DNA of 64,000 bases. Origin: Mobula hypostoma. Taxonomy: Eukaryota. This document shows positions 48,986 to 61,660 of this stretch, in pieces. The stretch lies in contig NC_086102.1 of the NCBI RefSeq assembly GCF_963921235.1, forward strand, positions 39,246,001-39,310,000. Direction: 5' to 3'. Position 1 is the stretch's first letter. Every line of letters starts with the position of its first letter. The notes beneath the pieces were generated by a model. The model saw nothing but the letters and a program-made list of their open reading frames with translations, was not told the DNA's origin and did not search any database. The position numbers and the translations under genes were made by a program.

Positions 48986-51900
48986 ATAGAGATAGAGGGT
49001 GTGCTGCTCAAGATATCAAACCTAGCCAGGGCTTTTAATTAAGCCAAGTCTAGACTTTGTGTCTACAACAGGTTAAACTCCCTCCCATGCCTCACCACTC
49101 CCAACTCTCTCCATATTTCTCTTTAACAGCCAGAGTTGGAACTGAAGCCTTTTAATTCCATCCTGTACCTTGAGTCAAGTTTGAGTATATTTCTTCACTC
49201 CTGTGCCTCACTTCAGTAGCCATGGTACACAGTACAAAGCCTGTGTATTAATATATATACTTCCCAATTTCTTTTAAGCAGCATTTCTACCCCAAATATT
49301 CCACATTTTGTGCTGTTTTGTTGTCCCTACTTTGCACTTGCTATGTCTTTTTTTGATATTTTTGCCACTGTTGTTTTTTAAAAAATTATCACAGACTTTC
49401 TGCAGTTTATTTTTAGCTCTGTGTGTCTTCGAAAATGACAAAAATACAACACAAGGATGCATGGCCACAAAATGTTTAATGTCCTTCGAACCTAGTCAAG
49501 TTCAATATGTGCATCAAATCTCGTCTCTCAACAAGTGCACACTCTACTCCACCTAATGCACCTCACATTGACCGGGACCATTATCTAAAGTTCTCATGTT
49601 CCACCCACATGAAGCTTACAGCATCTACACCAATGAAGCAGAGGTAGCAGATTTTGCAGATAAATTTCCAGACATATGCCAACACATTTTGTCTTCTGTT
49701 GCAATCAACTGCCAAACCATTACCTCAAGAGGAGACCAACCAGATCCAAAAAACTCTCTCCTCTTGAGAACAGAGCATTGTGGCAGATGCTGCTGTGCAC
49801 TTCCCAGCCTTTCTCCTCATTGCTTTTCCCTCAAGCTGCAAATGGTATGGGCATGTATCACACACCTGCTCCCCTTCAGCAGGTTATGTTGAGCTCTATT
49901 TCATGTAGATTCAGAGAGGAAATCAAGGTGGACAAATTATATAGTGGGGCCAACAAAGGGCCCTGATGAGATAGGATAGTTCAGTACATGGGGGGAAAAA
50001 GCTACTATTGAAAGGGAAATGGGTAGGTGTCATTGTGGCTCTTTCTGGCCCTACCAAAAAGCTGAAGAATAGAGGGAAACTCCTGGAACTAAGAAGAAGT
50101 AAAAATGGACAAGACCTGTGTGATAGTTAGCAAATGTTCAGAGAGCACAATGGCTAATGCAAGAACAGCATGCGAAGGGTAAGATTTGCAGGAGGCAACT
50201 GAAATATTCAAAGAAAGATGTGATATTTTTAATAAAAAGAATGTACAACTGCTGTGTAGAATGTAAAAATTTGTATATAGGTTATGTAAAGAATCAGGAA
50301 AAGTGTTATATCAACTCAAGACTGAATTATCAGATCAGACAGGAGAGAGATGAAGCAGGAAATAGACTGGAGAAAAGGTGTAATTATTTAGAAGCATAGG
50401 TAGCTGAGTTACAGCATAAAGTGGAGAAGCAACATGAATAAGAGATTAAGTAAGAGAGAGAAGAAACAATAAACAGAGATAAGGTGCAGTTGTTTAGAAC
50501 TCAGATATTAAGGGGGCAAGATCCGTGCAGTAAGCTATTTGGTTAGAGGTGGACACCTTCCAAATGTTCTACATAGAGGCCAGGAGACACTTTTAAAGCA
50601 ACATTTTAGCAAAAAGGTAAGCAGACTGCAAACTGAAAAGTCTGCAAGAAAAGTTGTGTTCATACATAAACTAGATTATCCCAAGATCATCTATAAGAAG
50701 AATTTTTCTTTTGTAATATTTTATGTTATTTTACACTGTATTAGTTTTTAAGTGTGTGAATCAAGTGTCTGGGGGTCTTGACTAGCTTTTTCCCACTCAG
50801 GCAAATTCAGGGCCAAACACAGAGCAGGAAAGACTAATTGCATTGCATCCGCTACCTTCACAGGTCCTTAGCCACTGGGAGAACATCGTATCTTCCTCTT
50901 CTTTGGCATTCCCTTGGAATCTACATTGAACTTCATCCACTATGTTTCTGAAGGTTTGAGATGGCTGACATCCAAAATGAAACCACAGACTTTTCCAAAG
51001 ATGGGAGGTAGTTTGTTCATTAGTGATGTAGTTCACAAGATCATTCAATGTCATGTTGTGCTTGGACATGGATCACTATATTTCCTGAGAAGCAACCATT
51101 CAATTTAAGCTTCTTCTAACTACAAGCACATTACAATCAATATTCCCCTGTCTGCACAACTGTAAAGATCTCCCAGTGATCTCCTCCTTCTCTTCCTCGT
51201 TCCTTCTCCCAGCTTTTCCCTGCCAACATTATTGCCAAAAAGTGAAGGACACAACAGACTACTAAAAATCTGGTGTAGTTGCTCTGTATTGCAAGTCACT
51301 TCCAGAATCCCTCATGCAGAGGGAGCATTCATAATGGGCACCAAATGCTTGCCAACTGAAGCTGTGTTGATGGAAAACGTTCTTTATATCTGCTTTTCCT
51401 CTCATAAGAGACTTCAGGTTGGAGAGAAAAGACAGCTGGTGATCCCTTGACAAAAAATTCCCTTTAGCCTGGCGTAGTGCTCAAAGTGTACATTCAGAAA
51501 GGACTTGTAGCTTGTAGGCACCATTTCTGCTTCCCATGTCTTACACGAATCATTCTTTTCCTCTGGTCAAATTCCTTACTGAGGGACTGATTCCCTTTCA
51601 CCTCCTGAATAACTCTACATTCTTCTCTGAGGCCTTCCAACAGGTGTAAATCAAGTGAAATATTTCTTACATTATTGGGAGTCGTGTGCCTAAAACGTCT
51701 ACTGTAACTATGCACAGAAGAGGTAAATAAAATTCTCTTGACTTAAGGATAAATAAAATCCCCATAACTTCTTTTATGTAACAGTAAACTGGGAGAAATT
51801 AACACCCCCAGCACTGGCCTGGAAGAGCATAGACACTCACTGTATGGGGCACAGACTGTCATTGGCTAAAACTGACTTATTGGATCAGCAGATTTCCCTC

Positions 51901-52775
51901 AAGCGTTACTCTGCTGGTTAATGTAGGCATACTCTCAGAAAGAGCAACCTGATATAGCCTCTTGTTCCCTTGATTTCTCTCTCCTGGTACACTCTCCTCC
52001 TCTGTTAGTCTTCTACTGGTCTTGTATTTCATTTTAAAGGCCTAATGATACAAAGGTTCTTTTCTCAATAAATGCTTACCTAAGCCACAGCACTGCCCAT
52101 GGAACAATGGAACTGCTGACAGTGTGCACAACTACCACATGTTTAATCCTAGCATCAACAATGCCACAAGCCAACAAGAATCCCTTCCAACAACACAAGC
52201 TGGGAGTCTTAAGCTGCTGAAACCTGCATTAGTCAGATTCTCACAGTTCAGTTTGGTGCTATTGGCATCAAATACACCTCGCATAAGGATTTCGTGCATT
52301 ACCATTCTGACCAACTTTCTGAATGTGAGCATTGAGGAAAGAATGTGTTGTTGTGACTTTTACTAAACCCCCAGATCCTGGAGCATTCATTCCCCATTCA
52401 CCAATATTTTATTCCTCGAGTTTGGGAAGGCGAGCCAATTATTACTACAGAATGAATAATAATGGAATAATTCTAACCTTAGACTTGTATCAGAAATGAG
52501 ATATATTCAAACCTAGTGTTTAGGAAGCTGGGCATTTCATATTATTAAGCTTATTCTGTCTGCATAAATAATTTAATAATGTGTCAGATCCTTGGTTCCT
52601 CAGATTAAAAAAGTAAAAACACAAAAAATGTGAAAGATAAATGATTTTGATATAGTTAAATGGAACATTTTGCCTAGAATTACACATATATCTCATATTT
52701 AAACTTTACAGTAAGTTTAACTTTTGTGTAAGCTGTCGGGTAAGTGAAGCATTCTTCCTTTGAATATGAAAGACG

Positions 52776-53900
52776 ACATACAACAAAGAACATATAGCAC
52801 AGTACAGGCCCTTCGGCCCATGATGTTGTGCTGACCCTTTAACCTACTCTACTTTTCTCTCCTATCTAGCCCTCCAGTTTTCTTTCATCCATACGCCTAT
52901 CTAAGAGTCCCTAATGTATCTGTTTCTACCATCACCCTTGGCGGTGTGTTCCATGCATCTACCACTCTCTGTGTAAAACAAAAACCTACCTTTGACATCC
53001 CCCTATACTTTCCTCCAAACACTTTAAACTTATGCCCCTTCATGTTAACCATATCTGTCCTGGGAAAAAGTGTCTTGCTGTCCTCTTTATCAATGCCTCT
53101 CATCATTTTGTACATCTTCTGCCAAGTCACCTCTCATTCTCCTCCTTCCCATAGAGAAAAGTCCTAGCTTGTTCAGCTTACCCTCATAAGAAATGCTGTC
53201 TAATCCAGGCAGCATCCTGGTAAATCTTCCCTACACGTCTTTCCTATAATGACCAGAACTAAACCCAATACTCCAAGTGTGGTCTAACCCGAGTTTTATA
53301 GAGCTGCAACATTACATTGTGGCTCTTGATCTCAGTCCCCTGACTAATGAAGGCCGACACCATTAGTCTTCTAAAGTATCCTATCAACTTTGAGGATGTG
53401 AACCCCAAATTCCTCTGTTCCTTCACATTGTTAAGAATCCTGCCTTCAAGTTCGACCTTCCAAAGTGAATCACTTCACAACTTTCTGATTGTTGCTTCTC
53501 AGTCCAGTTCTGCATCTTATCAATGTCCCATTGTAATCAACACCAACCTTCTACGCAAATCCCGACACCACATGCCTTCATGTTATCTACAAACTCACTA
53601 ACCCACCCATCCACTTCCTCATCCAAGTCATTCATAAAAATCATAAACAGCAGTTGTCCCAGAACAGATTCACCAAACCCCAGGGAGAATATGCTCCATC
53701 TGCTACCACCCTCTACTTTCTGTGGGCAAACCAATTCTGAATCCACACAGGCAAATTTCACTCGATCGTATACCTCCTGACTTTCTGACTAAGCCTACCA
53801 TGGGGAACCTAGTCAAATGCCTTACTAAAATCCATGCATACCATACCCTCTACTCTGCCTTCATCAGCTTGTTTTGTCACTTTCTCTAAGAATTCAATCA
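52776..53900 (-). mobile_element. Degenerate CR1-clade LINE 3' part
   Basis: ORFs 52897..53130 (FTQRVVDAWN) and 53537..53761 (LLFMIFMNDLDEEVDGWVSEFVD). Confidence 0.85.
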
Positions 53901-56565
53901 TGAAAGATCATTATTAGGAGAGAGTGTCAATCGATAACACAACTAAAAGAGTGGAGCTAATTCTGTGAACTATGGTCCTTTCAAGATACACTCAATATTC
54001 AGATTTCATGGTCAAATAATGTAGTTTACTTAAAATAAAGTAGATTGAATGAAACTGGTGGGCTGACTAGTTAGTTCACATATATTATTTACTTTAAGAC
54101 TGTCATCATCCATAATCCTTTTATTCTGCCATTCTTTTGGTATTCTGACACTAAATTATTAAAAGATATGTAAATTGGAAACTGAAATATATTTTCCTAT
54201 GCACATTGGGAAAATGAATTAGAAAAAAATAATCAGGATTTCAAAGAATTCTTGATATGTTCATCACATCAGAAAGATGCCCAAGAGAGTTTCTGTTGCT
54301 TTTTTTGCATTAAAGGAATGACCGAAAATGTATACAAATTGAAAATTTATTCAGGTCAACAGTGTATCTCCTCATTCTACATTCCAAAAGAGAGCATCCC
54401 AGTCACTTTGACTTTAATAGAAGCATTTTCTATTTCTACAGTAAAGAAAAGATGTGGAAGAAAATTCTGAATAAAGGGTTAACATATCTGAGTTTCTAGC
54501 ACTCTGCACTTCCCTTCAATTAGCAATATGCCTCATGCTGGCATTAGTGCATGGCACAGCTGCATAAACAAGGTGAAGGCAATGAAGGTTGTACAGGACT
54601 CTGGGCTGTAAAAGTTTCTGACAATTAAAGTGTCCTAGTTTTCACCTTACCTGGGGTACTAACATATATACCAAATTATACCTTTGTACTTTAATGACAT
54701 TGCATCTAAGGGTTTAATGAACTATCTATATATCATAAATAAAGATTCACCATTTGGCCTGGGTTCCCAGCATGCTTGAAATAATCTAACTTAGTTTCAA
54801 GGATGTTTAACAACCTATCTCTCTGTGTTGCAGGCAGACAAGAGACTGTTACTGGCATTTTCGTGGGAATTGAAAAGGAAAACAGAATTGAACTTTTTTT
54901 AAACTTTGATGTAATTGACTTTCTGTGTCATGCTATGACTAATGTTCTTTGGAAGACTTGATGGTTGCACTGTTTGCGAGTCATTCTTCCCTTATTCATG
55001 AATAAAGGTACTCTCTAGTCACTTCAAAGTCTGTAACCAACTTTAATTGAATTTCCTTAGCGAGTTAATTTCCCTAACAAAAGATTACCCTTAATGTTTC
55101 AGAGCTTAGATCAAAGTTGTCCAATTTCATCCATTAACCATGAAGTGAGGAAGAGGGAAAATGAAAATTATATCTGAACGATATTCAGGAAAACCAAAGA
55201 TAGGCCATTTATGAAATAATATGTTAACAGAGTTTTAAGAACTGGAAAAGATGCTGAATGGTTATGATAAGCTTCTGTAAGAAAATAAAACTAGCAAAAC
55301 AGGTATCCGGATGTAGTAGATCTGGATTTTCAAAAGGCATTTGATAAAGTTTTATAAAAAAAATTATTAATTGAAATAAAAGCCTGCAACAGGATAGAGA
55401 ACTTGTTAAAGAACAAGAAACACGGACAGCAGAAATGAACAGATCCTATATTTAAAGATTATGTTAGTGGCTTGGGTCTATGAAACACAATTTCAAAATT
55501 GGCAGATGAAACAAAATCTACAAATACAGTAAACAGTGAGATAGTGATCAGCTTGTCAATGAGAGAATGGGAGCAGTCAGAAAATGAGAACATAGACAAA
55601 AGTTTATTGTGGGTTTTTCCCCCTTTTTATGCCTTTTCTTCTCCTCTGGATGTGGAACACATGCCCAGCTTGTCTATGGGACATGTCCTTCTGTCTCCTG
55701 CTGGCTCCTGCTCAAGTCTTCCTTCTGCCATTTTGAATACTAGCTATCTCTTCACCTCTTCTGTTTCTTTCCAGCCAAGATGAAGGCCTCAACCCAAACA
55801 TCAACTGTATATATCCCTCCATAAATGTTGCCTGACTAATTGAGTTCCTCCAGTGGTTTGTGTGTTGCTACATTTTTTCTATGTTCCTTTGCCTACATTC
55901 TCACTCTCTCAGTGCTCCCATTCACTGATTGACTTGCTAACCCTGTTAACAGCCTATCCCCATGGTCATACTCCCTCCCCATCTGATCAGTACCATACTT
56001 AATACTTGTGCTTCCCACTAAGAGGACCTTTCAGTAGGTGTGTTTGTTCAGTTTCATTTCTGCCCTGTTCAGAATCTGATTATGTGGAAAAAGCGCTTGC
56101 AGTTGCCCATGTGCTGTAAGTGAGCTTAAAAATATTTTGACATTGCGAGATGGGTAGACTGAGGAACAGACAAAATAACTTTTTCCAGTTGCTGCTATTG
56201 GTTTCTTCAATAACAATGTAAACTGGAGAAAGAATAGCGCCATTACGCAAATGCAAGACTTAGCCTAGAAAGTTTGCTGCTAAAAATCTCCTCGCCCAAA
56301 CTATCATTTCACCTAGAGTAACAAAATGGTACAAACCAACATTAGGGAATTTAGCTCTTTAGAACAACTGTATACAAGCAGTGTCCTTGAACAATGAAAC
56401 TGGTGTATGATATATCCAGAGAGCAATGACGACTGGCATTAATATGACCATGAGGAATCCAAGAAATAAGAAATGGAAAAACCATAGACAAGATACAAGA
56501 TTGCTCAGTGCAAAACCACCTATCAACATCCGATAGACAAGAAAACAATATCAAACCTTGGCTAT

Positions 56566-57733
56566 TATTATGTACTTTATATTTCAATAATATTTGAGTT
56601 ATTTTATATAGTTTGATTAAGCATTCTCGTTCTAAAAATTAGGTATAGGTTATATGTAAAAATACATTAATTGCATATGTCAACACACTACCACGTGATA
56701 CACGTGTGCCTTGCTTAAAGTAAACTCAAAGTTAGACCAGAATTCCTTGACTCCTGTGTCTTCCTTTGAATTAGTTTAATGTTTTGAAGGTATAAAACGC
56801 AACATTAGTGACAAGGATGGGACAAGGATAACCTCTGGTTGATAAACATATTGGACCAAGGAAGATCCATGCTATTCAGAAGAATCATGGAAGTGACGAA
56901 AGCCATGGTCCAACTACATCAGTTCTTGTAGACAACATATCTGAGAAAGCTTCTGATATGTTAATCAGGCAGTTACTTGTAAAAAATGGCTTGGTTTTAA
57001 GCTGGAAGAGAACTCAAAGAGCTTCAGGAAAGTTGCAGGTATTCAGCTTTTGCGAGTGTAAAGAACCAGAATCTACCCTGCGCACATTAAGGTTATTGCA
57101 TGAACTTCAAGTGAGAGGCCAAAAGCTATTGTAAAAGTGGATGTAAAGACCAAATCCAAACTGGATGATCAGAAAGCCAAAAAGAAAGGAGTCAATGGAG
57201 ATACAAAAATGGAGGAATCATCAGATGATGTTGTGAATAAGGAAACCAAGAGGAGAGATCAGATCATAAAGGGGGCAATAGAAGAATTAATAAGAAAATA
57301 CTCCAGTTTACAAAATGCATCTTCACAAGATCGAGTTGCACAAACTGGAAGAAGATGAGAAAAGGAAAAGAAAGATGTCCAGAGCTATCAGATCCACTTC
57401 CTGTGTTTCAGAGTCAACTCCTACAATCACCACGGAGATGGCCCCAGAACCTGATATTGTTTCACAGCCACATGTCTCTTCTGCCAAGCAGAGTGATGCC
57501 CTTTGTCAGGAAAGACATATGCAATTAATGTATCTTTACATATAACCTGTAATTAATTACTATGCTGTGGATGTCTGTATACAATAGTTGTATTATTTAG
57601 TATACTGTGTATATAATTGAGATGCATTTTCTGTTGAGTTGGAGTTTATAGCTAAGCAGGGAGAGGTGTTGGGTATTTAATATTTTAGTAATATTTGAGT
57701 AATCTTGTAAATATATTGTTTGATAAGGCATTC
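56566..57733 (+). mobile_element. Internally deleted LTR retrotransposon (Gypsy-type remnant)
   Basis: 5' LTR 56566-56804 (TA/TG...AACA), degenerate PBS-like ttagtgacaagg, about 860 bp internal, polypurine tract aagcagggagagg 57654-57666, then TGTT... 57667-57733 matching the start of the 5' LTR. Confidence 0.7.
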
Positions 57734-58235
57734 AGCTGTAGTTTCATGGAGGGAAGTTACCATGATAGTTCTAATCATTGAACTCTTACTGACATCCTTC
57801 CAGGAATAAGAAAATAACTTCAAAAGTTTTGTGGTAACATGAGACTATTCAGCACCTTGGTTACATTGTTGTCTGAAGATATGGCTTGCTTTGCAAATTT
57901 GTAATTCTCATATGATCTGGAATTTTGGAAGTCTGTAATGCACCGGCATTGGCATCAAATTCCCACCAAAATATTGGGAATTTGATGCCAATGTTTTGTG
58001 GTCACAAATGAATTTGCTCCTCAAAAAATCTTGCTGCTTATCAAAAACTGTAAGCACTGGATGTTACTGGAGTAGATTTTCCAGTCCTAAACCTGGGCAA
58101 TTGAATTATCTAGACACAATAATATGGAAAATGTAGTGAAGAAGACTGTAAAGCAGTCAGCAAGCCCTTCAGTTTTTTCATTACATATTTCTTTATCCTT
58201 AACCCATAAGTAGTGACTTAAAATTAAAGATTGGC

Positions 58236-58521
58236 TTTTTTTTGTTGTCAGAACGTACAGTGATATGCGTCATTTGCTTCAAATAAAATCAGCGAGGAGC
58301 GTGCAGCCCACAAGTGTTGCCATGCTTCCGGCACCAACATAGCATGATCAAAACTTACTAATGCTGACCCTACCATACGTCCATGGAAAGTGGGACGGAA
58401 CCCACGCGGTCACGGGGAGAGTTCACAAACTCGTTACGGGCAGTGGCCGGAATGAAACCCTGATCAGAGATCAGTAACCCTGTGAAGCAGTTGAACTAAC
58501 TACTACACCACTGAGCCACCC
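58236..58521 (-). mobile_element. Degenerate V-SINE copy
   Basis: gtgggacggaacccacgcggtcacggggagagttcacaaactcg matches the 37840-38106 SINE body. Confidence 0.7.
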
Positions 58522-59003
58522 CGACTTTTACCCTTTCCAAAATCCTCTCTCTTAAGCTTTACTTAATATGTGCCAGACTAGTTTGGTGACGGTCCATCCC
58601 TTAATATCAAAGTCTTTTGCTTCAAATACTTTCTCCTGCCTTTAAGCTCTCACCAGATTGTAATCCTCTCCTGTTTCCTCAACAAGCCAAATCTCAGGTT
58701 CTTCCCCGAGATCTACTTCCTTCTTTCCATCCTCATTACATCCCATTTCCACCTGAATTCACCTTGCTACCCCTCATTGGTTTCATTGTCACTTGTGCTC
58801 CAGTTACTGCTCCTTCAGGTACCAAATCTAGCTCACAACCAGGTTAACCAAGCTTCACAAGCTTAGGTGTGAATAAAAGCAAAAGAATGGTCATCACTGA
58901 ACGTATAGCCAGGAAGAGCTCTTTGAATGAACTATCCAATCAGTTTCTCGCACTACCCCACAATTCCCTATGTTCTTTCTGCATATTTTTCAATACTTCC
59001 CCT

Positions 59004-59360
59004 CTATGGACAGAGTGGATGGGGCAAATTTGTTTCCCATGGTAGGGGAGTCTAGTACGAGAGGGCATGGCTTAAGGATTGAAAGGCACCCACTCAGAAC
59101 AGAGATGCAAGGAGTTTTTTCAGCCAGAGGGTGGTGAATCTGTGGAATTTATTGCCATGGGCGGCAGTGGAGGCCAAGTCATTGGCTGTATTTAAGGCAG
59201 AGATTGATAGGTATCCGAGTAGCCAGGACATCAAAGGTTATGGTGAGAAGGTGGGGGAGTGGGACTAAATGGGAGAATGGATCAGCTCATGATAAAATGG
59301 TGGAGCAGACTTGTTGGGCCGAATGGCTGACTTCTGCTCCTTTGTCTTATGGTCTTATGT
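59004..59360 (+). mobile_element. CR1 LINE 3' end
   Basis: Encodes FSQRVVNLWNLLP-type terminal motifs; tail tcttatggtcttatg, as at 23841-23854. Confidence 0.85.
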
Positions 59361-60229
59361 ATCTATTCAATTTTCTGTAAACTGATGTCACTGAATGTTT
59401 CCATCACTGTGTCAGGCATTGCATTCCAGATCTTAACAACATATTCCTTATGTCTCCTGTGAGCTGTGGCCAATCTTAAAACTTTATCCCTGATTACTCA
59501 TGTTTCTGGTACTAAGAGCTGTTTCTTGTTTTTGGCTCTGTCCAAGCCATTCTTAGTTTTTTAGTTCTATTAAATCTCCTACTAGCATTCATTGCTCTAA
59601 GGACACTGAACCCAGCTTCTCAAACATATTGCATAGACCATTCTAGCTAATTTCTTCTGCAGTCTGTCCTAAGTCTTTTCATCTGTACTAAAGTATGCTG
59701 GCTGGAATTGGTCACGATACTCCAGCTGGCCTTAAACTATATCTCAGAAGTATGAAGTTTAACATGTTGTTTTTGAACACTCTGACCTCAAAGTTCATCA
59801 CTGTCTCAGATACCTCACAATCTCTGTGAATTACCTGCCTCATATCCACACTCAAATTCAAGGTCACAGCTGCTGTAACCGTGAAGTTCACCTCTAAAAT
59901 GAGAATTTATGTCTGAGTGATTACTTCACCTAATCCTCCACAATATTGCAGGTCCTCTGTTTCTATCTTTCTTCCCTCTCCAGCTGGTCTTTCGCCTTCC
60001 CCACATCCCTTAATTTTATCTCCTCAAATTCCCCCCCTTCACAAAAGTACGATGACTTATTTATGACTCGTCAGCCATTCTAATATAATTGTTCATACAC
60101 CACCAATACTCCAGAACTATTCCTCCAAAACAGAAACTCATCAGCCAGTTTCTGAAACTCCTACCCTCTGTCGTAGAACATAGATCAGTAATGAGCCCTT
60201 TAGCCCACAATATTGTGCTGACCCGAACC

Positions 60230-61016
60230 CACTCTGCGAGTTAGATCAGCTGGTTGAGTGGTATCGCAGTAACAACCTTGCACTCAATGTTAGGAAGGCC
60301 AAGAAAATGATTGTGGACTTCAGGAAGGGGAAGTCAAAGGAACACACACCAGAACTCGTTGAGTGATCAGAAGTGGAAAGGGTGAACAGTTTCAAGATCC
60401 TGGGTGTCAAAATCTCTGAGGATCTTTCCTGGGCCCAACATATTGATGCAATTACAAAGAAGACATGAGAGTGGCTCTACTTAATTAGAGTTTGAGGAGA
60501 TTCTATATGTCACCAAAGACACTCACAAGTATCTATAGATGTACCGTGGAAAGCATTCTAACCGTTTGGTATGGAAGAGCTACTGTACAGGATTGGAAAA
60601 AACTGCAGAAAGTTGTAAATTGAACCAACTCCATCACGGATACTATCTTCCCCGCATCCAGGACAGCTTCAAAAGGCAACGCCTCAGAAAGGTGCATCCA
60701 TCATTGAGAAAGCCCATCAACCAGGACGTGCCCTCGTCTCATTGCTTTTGTCAAAAAGGAGGCATGGAGCCCAAAGACACACACTCAATGTCTCAGGGAC
60801 AGCTTCTTCCCCTCTGCCATCAGATTTCTGAATGGACAGTGAGCTCATGCACCTCAGTATTTTTCCCTCTCTTTATGCACTACTTATTTAATGTTTTTTA
60901 TATCTACTTATTGTAATTTATAGTTTTTATTACTAGGCATTGCAATGTGATGCTGCAGCAAAGCAACAAGTTTCACAACATATGCTGGTGATATTCAACC
61001 TGATTCTGATTCTGAA
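60230..61016 (+). mobile_element. Rex1/Babar-clade LINE 3' fragment nested in a minus-strand CR1-clade LINE
   Basis: gagtggtatcgcagtaacaaccttgcactcaatg matches the 38680-38710 region; (ATTCTG)n tail; host pieces lie at 60172-60228 and 61017-61660. Confidence 0.82.
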
Positions 61017-61660
61017 TCTAACCCTTCCCCTCCTACGTGTATCTGCTCTTTACCAACATCCCCACCAGGCATATATCACTCTCTGACATATAAAAAAAAC
61101 TGCCTCCTACCACTCTCCTAAATCTTCTTCCACTCACTTTAAACTGTTGTCCTCTAGAATTAGCCACTGCCACACTGGGAAAAAGACGATGGCTCTTCAC
61201 TCTCTCTGAACCTCCTATAATTTTATACACCTTGATCAAGTTGTCTCTCAACCTTCTTCGCTCCAAAAGAGAAAAGCTCTGGTTTGCTCAACCTTTCCTC
61301 ATAAGACATGTCCTCTAATCCAGACAGCTTCCTGGTAATCTCCTCTGTACCCTCACTGGAGTTTCCAACTCCTTCCTATAATGAGGCGGCCAGAAACGAA
61401 CACAATACTTCAACTGTGGTCTACCTAGAGTTACTTTGCGGCTCTTAATCTCAATCCCCCAACTAATGAAGACCAACCTCTTAACCACCTTACCAACTTG
61501 CATGATAACTTTGAGGGGTCTGTGGATGTGGACCCCAAGACCCCACTGTTCCTCTATGCTGTTAACTATCCTACCAGTAACCTTGTATTCTGCCTTCACC
61601 TTTGATCTTACCTTGTGTTCTGCCTTCAAGTTCAATTTCACCTATCTTGTTAATCTCCAA
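61017..61660 (-). mobile_element. Degenerate CR1-clade LINE (host of the Rex1 copy)
   Basis: ORFs 61315..61641 (LKYCVRFWPPHYRK) and 61033..61266 (RLRDNLIKVYKII). Confidence 0.8.
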
